Origin: Epiperipatus broadwayi
Taxonomy: Eukaryota > Animalia > Onychophora
Assembly (NCBI GenBank): GCA_028023455.1
Contig: JAQFVV010000004.1
Span: 18,786,001 to 18,850,000, forward strand
Direction of reading: 5' to 3'
DNA: 64,000 nucleotides
In this document: one piece after another, positions 28,701 to 42,639 of the stretch
How the letters are laid out: each line of letters begins with the position of its first letter
Position numbering within the stretch: position 1 is the first letter of the stretch
Notes under the pieces: generated by a model
Told to the model about the DNA's origin: nothing
Databases searched by the model: none
What the model saw: the letters and a program-made list of their open reading frames with translations, nothing else
Program-made: the position numbers and the translations under genes

Positions 28701-31700
28701 TCATACATATTGAAAGTATTTGTTTTTCAATAATGGTCTATTCGCTAAATATATTATTTTGAGATTTGTTTTCTAAATAAATTGCATTATTTTCATGCTT
28801 CCATTTACAATGTTTGCTATCATTGCTAATAAAATTCTTTATTGAATGTTTGTATTAATCACACTTATTGAAAATAATTTTCTATAATTGTTTGCTCACA
28901 AATATTATTTTCAAGTTACTTTTCTAAGTAAATTCTACTATTTTTATATTTTGAAACTTATTTATTTTTACTTATATATACATAGTGGCTTCATCAATGA
29001 GTAATTACATTCGTGCAATTAGTTCAGTATCTCTTCAACTTGTAAGGCTAATATTAGCACAAAGTTTCTCAGTATGTGGCTTTCCATACTGCAAAGAAAT
29101 TTGCAATCTTTCTCTTAAATAAAAGCTATTAAACTTCATGTCAACAGGAAGCTCTTGAGCAACAGTTCATTTTCTTATAACATATTTGTGCTTCTAAAAA
29201 TTATTTTAAAAAAATATGGTATTGTATAATCTTATGACTTAATTTTTTATTTAAATTATTTATATAGCATGGCCCTTTACAAGATCATTACTACAAAATT
29301 GTTTAAACATTTTAACTCACATTAATTTTGTAAATTTTTTCTTAAGTTTTAAATCTAAAGTCATGCATTATGGAAAAGCAAATATAATTTCTATGATTAT
29401 ATATTTCAATAAATGCTTAATTTCTTTCTTAAAATATATGCAATTCAATTTTTGAGATAGAATTAAACATTTATTAAATAGTTATTAAGTATACCACATA
29501 ATAAATAAAAGATATTTATTTGATCTGTTTTTCTGCTTATAAACAAGATTTGACAACTTTGTAAATCATATGAATTTATTATATATATTTTTGAAAATCT
29601 ATTTTGGAGTTATTTTATCTCTATTCTATATTTCTAAAGCAAAGTCTCAATATACTGTTAATAATTAACCATAAGCCTTCTTCTTCATCTTAACATAATG
29701 TAAATTAAATAAAAAATTAATTTCAAAATATATTTTACATCTTTGTGCAAATTCTTAAATTTTACAATTTCTAAATTTAAAACATATTTTTATATACTTT
29801 CAAGTTCTTTAAAAATAGTAATAATATATTTATATTTATAAACATTTCATTAATTTTACACCACCTTATAAACTGACCAACATAAGTATTTATGTAATAT
29901 TATCATATCTTCATATTTTTATGTAAGTCTATTTTATTATCATTTGCAAAAATCAATATACAGAGTAATTTCTATATTTATAGATATCAAATGCAGAAAA
30001 AAAGGTGTTGGGTACTCCATACCAACCAAATAATCTGTAGGTCATTCTACTGTTTTTATAAATAAAAAAAATCTTGTCAAAAAATATTATCTGAATGAGT
30101 TAATGACATGCCAACATATATATAAAATTTCTAATAATAAAACTTTACATTCAACCAAATCAAAAATAGAGAATAGAACTATATATGACAGATTTTTAAA
30201 GAAAAAAAACCATATAAGCATGGGATTAAACATATAGTTTTAAGCAATTTTTAAACAATCAAAAAATTCTCATTACTTAAAAATAGCTATACTGACTTTA
30301 AATTTAGTTATATCAAATATTCAATACATCCCTTCAAAATAAAATTGAGTTTCATAAAAAATAAAATTTTACCTGTAAGTTTTCAACATCATTTATTATA
30401 TCCTCCATCACATCTTAAGGCATAAATAAATATGGCTTGTCATTTGCTCTTTATGTAATTTTGCAAATGTATTGCTTAATTTTCTTTTCCCAAAGTATTC
30501 AAAATAGCAATTAAAATGTTATTCTCATTTTACAATTTTCTTTTTAGAATTTTTTTTTTTTTTTAATAAAATCCCAAAAGCTTTCAGCATTCATACTAAT
30601 ATTCTTTTCTAATCATATATATTTAATCAAATCATATATTTGTTTATTTATTATTCATTTAAAATTAATAATATTGTAAAGAAAAAAATGTTTATATATT
30701 GTTTATAATGGAAATCCTTTCTTTATATTTCTACTTTTAAGGTTTTTGGGGGAACCATCAAGGAAATTTATAAGATGATTTCCCTAAATCTGGACAGCAT
30801 ATCACTAATTTTAAAATTACCTGTTCTTACAATTCAAATCTAATATATTAGCCAAATATTTCAGATTTTTAATCTCTTAAATAATTTATTTTAGAAATTC
30901 TTTATTTTAATATAATCATTGTTTCTTTTTATTAGTCAAATTTATCACAAATACCAAAAAAGGACAAAGATTGTCAATCATCAAATTGAAAGTGCCAGCT
31001 TTTCTACATCCCTCAATCAGATCAATATTATTCCATATCAAATCTAAAGTATTATTAGTAATAGAATTGCATTTGTTTTAAATTTAATAAGTTCAAGCAA
31101 TTCAATAACACATATATTATAATTTTTTCTCTAGCATTGATTCTTTCTGAAAATTTAAAATAATTAAAATTTCGTTATGCATAATAGATATTTATAGTTC
31201 AATGAAATACTTGTACAATGATTAATAACTCTCTCCAATTTATCAATAAAGACTAAAGGCTTAAAAAAAATATTTTTTTTTTGTTAATCCGTATTTTTAC
31301 TTGTACATATTAATTTTCCAATCCAAAATCATCTCCACAATTAGTTTTTAAATTTCTTGTTAACTATCATTAATGTTATTACTTTCTCATATTATTATTT
31401 CTGTCACCCCTAAATATTTCATGTTTATTAATGAGTGATACTGTTATCATAATCAGGATTAACCAAGTTTCTATCAAATAATAATATATCTATCTGATTA
31501 ATATTCCAAATTAAAATCTAAAATTTTTTTATGCATTCCATGTATATTCATATATATATTCATATAAACACGTTAATAATTTCATTCCATTATTATTAAT
31601 TATATCAATCTTATATGAATTCCATAATTCTTTACAATTTTTTATAATAATTTGTTTGCTTTTTTATACAATCTTCTAAATTTCCAACATGTTAATTAAT

Positions 31701-33187
31701 AGTAATTATATTCCATTATTTCTAATTACATCTATTTTATATATTTTTTATGTATTCTTATAGATTTGAGAGTCACTGAAGTTCAAAACACTCTACTATT
31801 TTTATAATAATTGTCATTTTTATCTTACTATCTTCCAAAATCCCATATATGTTTCTTATTCTTTCTTCCAAAGATTCTACCACTTTTTAAAAAAATTCTA
31901 AATTTTTCATCACAATCTTCATAAAATAAACTAAAGAAAATTCATTACCAAAATCTAGTTCTACAAAGCATACATAAGAATCCACTATCATCTTACAAAA
32001 TATTCTTTTTACAACGCTTTTTTATATTTAAAATAATTTAACACCTATTACTCCCAAATATTCACTGCTCTCAAATGCCTTATTTGGTGTTCAATCTTTC
32101 TACAACTAATATCAATAATCTGACTAACCCATTTATCAAGTATCTTTTTTGTCAATTATTTCCATCATAAATTATATTCACTTTTATATACCAAAAATTA
32201 TACTATATTATTTTATTTTGTCATTTATTTGAAATATATTTTCAGAATTTTTCTTTTGAAAGGAAATATATATTTCATTCTTTCCATTTTTATAAAAAAA
32301 AAAATTGAGTTAAATTTCTTATCATCATATCAAACCTTTTATTTCTCAATTATCAGCCTTACTTTTATCTCTATATGCATAAAATATCTTTGTATTTTTT
32401 AACATCATCTATCCTTAACCCTAAGTCATTTTACACATTTATTTCATTTAATTTTTTTCTTTACGGTATAATTTTTTAACCATTTTTTATTATCATCTTT
32501 AACTTCTTAATCAATCCAAATTAATCCTATACTTTCCTTATTATATTAATATCTATATCAATTTTGATCATTTTTGTGTATTTGTTTCTAGCGTATGTAT
32601 CTGGTTTCTATTTCTTTATTACTTTGAATATTAATTCTTGTTAAGCGCATTGTCAGCACGTAATACTTATATAAGGCTATAACCTTAGTACATGCGCCTT
32701 GTGTGCTTAATTTTGCTACAAGAGAGACCTCTACAAATCTTAACGCAATTTTTTAAACATTTATTCTCAACATTAGCTAGAAAATTTTCATTTTCTATTC
32801 TATTAGTACTATAGACCTGTTGTTGTTATCAATATTTATTTATACTAATAAAAGAAATCGCTTTTTCTTTTCATGTCTTTCTCCATATTAACCACAGGCC
32901 CTTGAAAAGATGTTTAAACATATTCTCTTAAGTCATCTCTAATATAAGAATAATAATTATCAGCATTGTTGATATATTTTTTCCAGTATAAACTCATTAA
33001 ATATAAAGTAGTAGTATTTTGACTAATTATTTTCAACCAAAACTTTAGTATTATTTTCATTATAATTCTTCAGAATTTTTAAAATCAATAGTTTCATTTT
33101 TAATACATGCATTATCTTTATAAATATCTTCTAAAAAAAATAAATAGTTTCTAGTTTAAATAAATTATTTTACATAAATCTCTATCC

Positions 33188-33695
33188 GGTGCCAATTTAG
33201 AGTGCTCACTGCCATTTTGAATTCTAAGGATGACCCAAAACCATCGCTGATATATCCAAACGATAAATGGCATTGAATAATCCACACAGGGTCACTTGTG
33301 TCAGTGGTGGGCCTTAGAATTCTAAATGGCAATGAGTGCAGTCTAAATACTAAATGCTTATAACTTCAAAAATACGAATTTTATTACAATAATGATGCCA
33401 CAAAGTGCTGAAGTATGTGGAGGAGGGGAGGAATGTTTTTGATGATACTTTGTATCATCCAAAAAAATGCAGAAGTCTGATCAAACCAAATTTTATATTT
33501 CGAAATACTAAAAGATTATAACTTCTAAAATACAAATTTTATTACAATATATGCCCATAAGCACATGTTGAAATAACATCATATTGCGACCACGTATGGA
33601 TTATTCAATGTTATTTATCGCTTGGATGTGTCAGTGGTGGTTTTGGTTAGTCCTTAGAATTCAAAATGGCCATGAGAGCACTCTAAATCGGTACC
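33188..33695. mobile_element. MITE with ~110-bp TIRs, Merlin-type ends
   Basis: GGTGCCAATTTAGAGTGCTC... and rc GGTACCGATTTAGAGTGCTC...; 8-bp flanks CTCTATCC / GTCTATTC (6/8 match); internal direct repeats and a partial internal TIR copy at ~33300-33350. Confidence 0.8.
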
Positions 33696-33730
33696 GTCTA
33701 TTCATAGTAGCATGAATTTTATATACTTAA

Positions 33731-34057
33731 GTAAATGCAAATACATGAATGCAGTTCATACTTAAACAACACCAAACAAAACCAAGAACATCAATCTATT
33801 TGTTATCAAGGTTATCTTTTTTACGGTGATAAAGGTAAATATCCACCTTTAACTATATGTTTATATAGACACTAAAAATGGATACCTAACTGAAAGAGAT
33901 TGAAATTTATGACCTCATTAAACAGATAATACTGAAGACTAGACTGGTTTATAAATGCAAATACATGAAAGCAGTCCACACCTAAATGATACCAAACAAA
34001 ACCAAAAATCTCAATCTGTTTGTTGTCAAGGCAATATTTTTTTATTGTGATAAAGTT
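33731..34057. repeat. Two ~105-bp direct repeats, period ~220 bp
   Basis: taaatgcaaatacatgaa..gcagt...ccaaacaaaaccaa...caatct.tttgtt.tcaagg...gtgataaag at ~33731-33836 and ~33951-34057. Confidence 0.75.
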
Positions 34058-37000
34058 TCAGTATCTTCTTTTATCATTTCATTACTGTTTTGATTTTCCT
34101 TTTTTTTTTTTTTTAATATGATAATCTTTGTATGACATCTGTCTTAAAAATTCTTTGATAAATAATCATGAATATTTCCATAAAATGTTTTGTCTTCTTA
34201 AATATATTCTAAAAGAACAAATATGAATACAATATTTCTTCTATTTTCAAACTTTTAATACCATTTCTTCTCTTAAAACAATTATAATTAAAAACAACTT
34301 TAATTTAAAACAAAAAAAAAAGAGAATTCTTTATAGAAAAGAGTTATCACTGCCCATATTAGTTCAATTCTCCACATTCACTAATGAAAATATATTTTTA
34401 ACCTTAATTTACATATCAGTAAATCTCTAAAACTATTATTCTGTTGTTGTTTTTTAAGTCGAAATAAAATTAAAAAAACAATTTCATCATTAAATCCAAT
34501 TTCTTATTTCTATTAGTTGTTTATCCAAAATTGGTAAAAACTTGTATTAAATATACAGTAGATTGTTATCTATAGTTTTATCAGTTCTACAAAAGAAGTT
34601 GTCTCCTCATTCAAAATTATTTTGGGGTTTAATGTTTTATTTATTTTTAGAACAATTACCAATCTGAATTCAACTGAAGCAGATTGTTATCAGTAGTTTC
34701 ATCAGAATTATAACTTCCAAAAATAGACATGATTTCTCAAATACAATACAGTACTTTAATTTTTTAGCTATTATCATTCAGTTTATTATAGCTTATACAA
34801 TTGAAATAATTGTCACCAAACATTTCATAATTTCTCTAATTTAGTAATAAACAATTTAAATATTGAACAGCAATTATTATAATCATGACAGGCAGCCGAA
34901 AACTAACTGCTTACAAATATTACATAAAACATAATCCATCATTATTTCTTAAGTTTAACCAAACTTTATCTGACAGTCTCTGATATTGTGACATGAAATC
35001 CATTTCTATATTTTTGCATCCAGATAGCATACTATAACCACCTTTATCAATATTCGAAAATAAAATCTTACTTCCATTTTCAAAAGTAATTATAATGAAT
35101 AAATAAATCTAGAATACTGAGCTCTAAATCCACTTCTTTTTTGTCCACTATATATTAATCCATAATTTTTGCAATCTGGTTCTCTTTACATTTTAAACAA
35201 ATAATTATAACCTTGTCATTATTTTATTTATTTGAATAAACTATGCTTTAATGTAAATCTTTAAAACCTATCTACACTTTAAATATTTACATTAAAAATG
35301 AATAAAATTAAAAATTTGTTTCAATTAAATTACTATTTAATATTAAAGTTATTTATTATTATCCATTTTATAAATACTATTAACAATCCTTATAGTTTAA
35401 AAAATTTGTAAAATAAATCACTAAACTTCAATGATAATAAAAAGCATTCCTCTAACTTTGTTCAAAATATAATCAGAATTACATCAAAAATGTTCCTTAA
35501 TTTGCTATCTCTAACTTTAAAATTCCAAATTAATATGATTAAACATTTGTAAAAGAATAAATTAAATCTTAGTACTCCTATTTTTAAAATGTTTATCTGA
35601 ATAAACATAAAACAACAAATTTGTTTAATGAAAAAAAACTAAAACAACGCAAATTCACTCATTCAATTTTTACAATCAACAGAATAATCAAAATAATAGA
35701 CATCTTCATACCTGAATAAGCCATTATATGCTTTGATCATACTTAAAAATCATAAATAATTATCTTTCTGCAAATTGCCCCTCAATAGCATGAATTTTCT
35801 TTTTTTTTTTTTAAAAAATTTAGTTAAAATTTAATAAATATTTAGTATTATATATAATAATTAAAAATATGACATTTATTTGTCATAGGATCTATTTTTA
35901 ACAATTTTTTCATACATTCTAAATTTTGAATCTAATATATTATGGCTAATTGCTTTTAAATAACCTTGTGTTAATTTCTTTTTTAGTGGTATATACTTTT
36001 TTTGATTTTAAAGTTTCATTAACTACAGTATGGCAAATATTCAAATGTAAATATTGCTGCCTGGCAGTTTATTTACTACTACTAATTTGCTATTATAGAT
36101 TATCAGAAAGCTGATTTATAAATAAGATTAATGCAAAAATAATTTTGGAATGGACAGTATTAATTTCCTCTTAAATTTCTTATAGCACAATATCAAAATA
36201 AGTTCAAAGTATAAATATGTCAAAAATATTAACCATATAAAACTTTATATTTGATGTTACAAATAAACCCATTGATCCACATTTGGATTTGTGAATTTTT
36301 GAGATTTCAAAAATATAATTTTTTACCATCTTATTGTAAATCCAAATTCTGTTAAAATAGAAATAAACTCAAATAGGTCACTTTTTTTTTCCATTTTGTT
36401 TGTAAATAAAAGCACAAACAAATTTATTTACTGTAAAAGATTAAAAATCATATTTGAAATTTTCTTTTAATGACATCTCTTTAATTTTGAATATAATTTT
36501 CCAGCCTATAAAAATGTTCATATAAATGCAGCCCCCCAATGCCCATAATTGTCAATTCTTTCAAAATAATCATTTTCCAAATTATTTTTATTTATAATAA
36601 CAGAAATTGTCATTTTGCTTCTGATCATGTTTCACTATTACAGTAATGACTTAATGATTAAAAATATTGAAATTTGATATGCGAACAATGTAAATTGCTT
36701 TAAAGCATATTTTATTTTAAATGTTTTAAAAATAATAGTTTGAACATAATCAATGTAGATTTCAACATTATTTGAGGAATCTAAAAAGAGCTCATATTCA
36801 CTTCCATGATTGTAAATTCCATTATTATTATACTAGTGAAGTTATTTTACATAATCATCAATAATTTTTTTTAAAAAAAGGTAAACCATGGCCAAAAAAC
36901 TAAATTTAAAACAATATATATCTTTGAATAAAAATTGTATCAATCTAATTCTTTTTAAAATAGCATATTTAAATATTTGAATCCTGTATATTGCACTTTT

Positions 37001-37281
37001 GGAAAAAAAATTCTTACATCATAATAGAACAAGTATCATAAAAACAGCACTTTGTCTACATTTTTTTATATTTATTTTTTCATATTTATCTGCAGTTATT
37101 TTTTTTAGTTTTGCATCACAATTTTGTAAAAGTCTGAAATTTATATACATACGTATTTTTATTATAGGAAAACGAAAACTGAAAATAGTTAATATTATAA
37201 TGACTATTAAGCATGTGTTTTATTTTCCACTTATATTTATATTATTTATAAATCACTTTATTTGTGTATCTCTTACAATAA

Positions 37282-39217
37282 TCATAATAAAAATAAATTT
37301 AACAGTAATAAACTATTATAACCAGTTTTTAAATCTGCAGAAGTACTTTCAGTTAATTTCTTAAACCTGCCTCCAAGTGCCATTAAATTTTAAAAAAAAA
37401 AAAAAAGCGGAAGCAAACATCATCAATTCAAATCCCATGAATCCCGTATTTTAATGTTAGCAGCTTGTCTATTCATTAAATGCATTTTATTCCTATTTAT
37501 AAAAATTGCCTCCTTAATTTTTCTTTTATTATGGATTCTCTCTTCATGAAGAATTTTCATACCTTCAACATCAAATTTAAATTTATATTTACATGTTTTT
37601 TCATGATCAAAGAAAATTGAAGCAGTCATTAAATCACCATTATTCTTACTTTTTACACACTTATATAACAATCCATACTCCGTTAATCTCTTCTCGATAG
37701 TGCACCTCGATTCACCTATATATGATAACATACAGTCACAAAAAATTTGATATATATTTCTTTCCTGCTTGACAGGTATGACATCCTTAAAATTATTGAC
37801 TAATTTATTAACGCTTGGAACATAGAATGAAACATTAAACATCTTATATATATCCTTAAAAAATTTCACTTGTAGATTTGAAATAAATGGAATAGATATC
37901 CATTGTTTACTATCAATCTTCATTTCCTTTAAACCATTATAAATCTTTTTAAATTGACAAAGTATTGTTTATTTGTTCCATTTTATAACCAGCATCAAAG
38001 TAATTCCTTGGCAAATAACTCAATATTTTTCAGTTTATCACTTTGGTGGCGATATAATTTTTTGTTACAAAACAAAAAAGATCTAAAACTTGCCATCTTA
38101 TACATAATTGGTATTTTTGATTTATAATTTATATATCCCCTTTTTTGCAATGGGTTGATTATTAATTTATAATTTAATATACTCTTATCTCTTGTAATAA
38201 TTAAATCCAAATATTTAATATTTTTGTCCTGTTCGTTTTCAATAGTCCATTTCAAGCCATTCAAATTATTTAATTCCTCTACAAGCAAATTTATAGTATT
38301 CGTATTACAACAAACAAAAACATCATCCATACCTTTTGTAAATTTTAATATCTTTAAAAGAGCACATATTTAAAATACCATTCTCATATGTAGACAACAC
38401 AAAATTGCAAACTTGTGCAACTACAGGCAGAACCATAGGCCAACCTTTAGACATTTTATAATATTGACCTTCAAAAGATGCAACAACGTTATCATTAAAA
38501 TTTTTTAAAGAATCAATAATAAACTTTATTATATATTTACAAATACCTTTACTTTTTAATGTATGTTACAATTATTTTTATGGAATTCACCCATACATTT
38601 CTGTTACATCCAATGAAGCAATAACATCATTCTCATTAATCACCAAATTTTTAAAATTATTTACAAAGTCAAAAGATGAAGAAATAGTATTTTCCCCAAA
38701 TCCTAAACACTCTTGTAAAAGCTTACCAATATATTTAGAAGTCTGATACATGAATGAACCACCAAAATCTATCATAATTTGCAAACGACTACCTTCTTTA
38801 TATAATTTTATATTTGCAAAAATATAAGGTCATACAGCACAGGAAGGATATATCATATAGTATGCATTATTACTTAAAGCTTTATTTTTAGCACTTTTTA
38901 AAATATTGTTAAGAAATTTTATTCTTTGACCATCCATATTATATACTTCAATCAAAAAGAAACCAAGTTTTTCCATTTGCATTTTAACTTTATCAATATA
39001 CTGACATTTTGTCATTAAACACATTCATAACCCTTTATCTTCTTTCAAACAAATCATATTATCACTCTTCAACCTCTGTTTAAATTCTGAAATAGCCAAT
39101 TCCCACAATTTATCATAAGGCATCGCATTAAATTTATTATAATTAATTTTCTTAATGATATCATCAGCAAAATGATTATCACCAGGAATCATTTCAAATG
39201 AATTTTGAACAATTGCA
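37282..39217 (-). mobile_element. Penelope-like retroelement (RT + GIY-YIG endonuclease), 5'-truncated, degenerate
   Basis: Minus-strand fragments KEDKG, ASLDVTEMY, LPMG, YMDDVFV and GIY-YIG-like NIYQIFCDCMLSYIGESRCTIEKRLTEY...EAIFI. Exact 14-bp direct repeat ATCTCTTACAATAA at 37268-37281 and 39218-39231 (putative TSD). Confidence 0.88.
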
Positions 39218-39266
39218 ATCTCTTACAATAAATATGTATGCAGGCAAATCTTCATATAACTTATAC

Positions 39267-39728
39267 CAGAGGTATCCACCAAGTCGATCGTGATCTACCG
39301 GTCGATTGCAAAGCCATTTTTGGTTGATTGCGAGGCCAATCTGGCAAGAGCTGTCAGGGTAACGAGTGAAACAAATAAGTCAAGATTTTCAAGTTTTTTT
39401 GTTATTTTTGTTTTTGTTCTAATGTTTTTTTCAATTCCAGATAGGTAAAGTCCACTAAGCTGTATCATTATTGAAAATAATATTTTTAATCTTGATTTAA
39501 TATAGTCAATTTGAATTATATTGTTAATAATTACTCATGTTGCTTTAATTCCCCCTGACATGAGCTTTTTTGGCCCGTTAAATAATAATTTTTTTACTAG
39601 GTAGATATATAAAAATAGTATGTATTTCACACCTCCCTCCACTTAAACTACGCTTATGACAAGTCGATCGCAACACATTTTAAAAATAAAAAAGTAGATC
39701 TTATGAACACAAAAGTTGGCCACCCCTG
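39267..39728. mobile_element. Non-autonomous hAT (Buster-type) element
   Basis: Ends CAGAGGTATCCA... and rc CAGGGGTGGCCAAC; exact 8-bp TSD ACTTATAC (39259-39266, 39729-39736) with central TA; subterminal AAGTCGATCG repeats. Confidence 0.82.
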
Positions 39729-40029
39729 ACTTATACCATTTATGGGAAACTAAAAATTGGCCATAAACTAAATATCAAAATATTAAAAAAGAAATTAAAT
39801 TATTTTAGGTATATAGTTTAGAAAAAAAATTATAACATTTAAAGATTATAAACGTCTTGGAAAACAATTTATTATTTAAAATAAATTAAGAACTCAAAAC
39901 AAATCAGCAAAGTATTCACAAAATATTCTATACAAAGTATAATCATCAATAGCATCTTGATCTTAATGGTGTAGAATTCATTTAAATTTGTGATGTTGCT
40001 CTAAGATTAATGTGCTAAAATAAATTTGT

Positions 40030-40372
40030 TAAACATGTATATTAGAAATAACAAAGAAATATTGAAAATAAAATACATGATTGCAAGAAAAAACTTTCAC
40101 TGATATCATTGAAAAAATTAACAGATTGAAATGGAGCTGGGGTGGACATATTATTAGAAAAAAATATAGTAGATTGAAAGTTAAAAATTTAAATGGATAC
40201 CAGGAGATTGAATACATATAGAGAGACCACATGTGATGTAGATAGAAGAAATAAGTTAATTTGCTGGAGTATTGTGAAGGAAAGAAGCTAAAGATAGAAA
40301 TAACTAAATTAAATGTAGAGGACTTCATCCTGCAATGAACTGATAATGGTTGAAAGTAATGATGATGGTATG
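40030..40372 (+). mobile_element. Older 3' fragment of an RTE LINE
   Basis: gatatcattgaaaaaattaacagattgaaatggagctgg...cttcatcctgcaatgaactgataatggttga then tgatgatg, matching the RTE 3' end. Confidence 0.7.
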
Positions 40373-42639
40373 TAATATGACAATCATGAACCAAATGATG
40401 AGGAAAATAAGTGGAGGTTGAACAGTGGCAAACTAAAAAGTTAACACAACTTTAAATAAATATGTATTTATACTTTTTCACACAATCAAAGAAATGAATG
40501 AATAAATAAATAACGGGGTAAAAGAAATATAGATATGCATTTGATTAATTATGATAAGTATGTATACACAACCATACATATATGTATGTATTTCTAAAGT
40601 AAAATAACTTTTTATTTTAATAAAATGAAACAAAATAATGAAATGGAAAAAAATGAAAGTGATTCTTCAGATAGAGCCCCCCCCCCCCCTCCTTCCCTTT
40701 GAGAAAACAAGCAGTTTTATTTTTTATGTTTTGCCAGCCAAACTATAAATTTTAAAGATCAAAGATTTTGCTATTTATTTTACTTGGTACTAATTTATGG
40801 TAATAATTAAAGTTTTGTACAAATCAATTTTGTCAAAAATTATAAAAACACAGATTGCTGCTGGAGTGTGTATAATATGTAGTTAACTTAGACATTAAAA
40901 TTGTTTTGATGATAAATTAGATGAGATCTAGTTGTAGTTAATAATCTTTTACCAATGTGCAATATAATTTGAAAAAAAAAAAAAAACCATTCTAGACTGA
41001 TGGGAAGATACCTGAATTTAAAAAAAAATGTTTGGCAAGAGCATTTTTAAACAGGACATTATAAAAATTACAAGACATCTGGAAAAAAAAAAAGGCACAA
41101 TGTATAAGCTACACCATCATAGTAAACCAAGACTGTAGATGTTTACTTTAAAATTCTAGCTAAAAGAAAAGTAAAATCCTTTAGTAACTGAATAAAACAA
41201 AAATCTGTGTCCAAGTTGGACATCAGTACACACCAACTGACCTTGTAATTCTAGATTGGCCTACATGTCTGGCTAATAGCACCCAAAAGTATAGCTATTC
41301 TTTTCATCGTCTATCAATACAGTTTCCACAAGAAAAAAGGGTCTGTTCCAGTTTCTTGTATAAAGTTTACTATCCTATTGCCTGTTATCATTGAAGCAAA
41401 TTGATTTTAGCTCAGAAATTATTGCTTAATTGCCAGAACAAGCTGTTATCAAATCTATGAACAAATAATCATTTACATAAATCCAAGTAAGATGTTTGAA
41501 AATGTATTCAAAATGACAAATCAAGTAAATCCTTGGCTGTGCATGAAAGAATCTCCCATATTTATTACTGATATTTTTTTTTTCTCCCAATTATTGTTTA
41601 TCGTGTAAATATTAAATTTATTTTTCATATTTATTTTATAAAAGTTACTCTCCCAATTATTAAATGCATTTAATAATAAACACATAAAATTTAATTGTCA
41701 TATTTTATTTATTCCAGAAAACAAAAATATTGCAAATGCAAAAGTCATGATTAAAATTTGGTAGGAAAAAAAACCAAGAATTTTAATTTATTGCTATTAT
41801 TTATGAAATATTTAAAATATTAATTCCCAAATATCAATTGTGAAGGGTTCTAACAAATGATATTAATAAAGACAATATTTTATAAAATATTATTTTAAAC
41901 AAATAGACACACTGACTTTGGTTAATAGCTTATTACATAATTTATATGTATTTAATCATTATGGTTATATGATATCTTAAGTTCCTCTAATTATTATTTA
42001 TGGAAACACAAGAAGTGTTAACATGCTATCACCAATCAGGTGCAGCTCTGAAATCCATAACATCAATAAAAATAATCCCACTTAAGAGAAGGAAACAATA
42101 TTTTACAAGGTAATATTTTCACATCCTCTAAAGCCTAGTTGATATTGAAATGGTAAATCTGATTCAGATTTTCATTTCACAATCTAATCCATCTACTAAT
42201 AGGGTTCAATTACAACTTAAGAATGTACAAATGTAAATAATGTCTGTATATAGAAATGTATTTTTTTCCAAACTTTTTTTTATTATCTTGGATAAATTAC
42301 CATAATTTATTTCGGGTAATATATATATATATGGGATATTGTTTTAGATACATAACCAAATAATGTATTTTATTGAGAAAATTCAAATATAAGTTTGAAA
42401 TTTTATATGTATTTTTTTATGTATGTTTAATGTATTCTGTATTAAAGAATCCAAGATGGCCTTCCAAGAGATTGTCGTCCCAATAAAAAGTTTAAAAGAA
42501 ATGTCAACATGGAAACGCATTGTAAATGTAAAATTAAATTACAGAGAAAAAAAAATCAAATACTTTGGAATTTCCATTAACCCATTAACGGAAATTCTAC
42601 ATTGCTTAAATAGATATTAAAGTACAAGATTATACAAAA

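Larger units (their letters stand above)
27600..36900 (-). mobile_element. Highly decayed coding block with SF1 helicase-like motifs; possible fossil Polinton-like/viral or Helitron-like element
   Basis: Sustained minus-strand purine skew; frame fragments LLIDEATM (28981-29004), ICCPDLGKSSY (30770-30802), NLRNNDGLCFM (34923-34955). No ORF of 60 aa or more survives and the boundaries are approximate. Confidence 0.4.
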
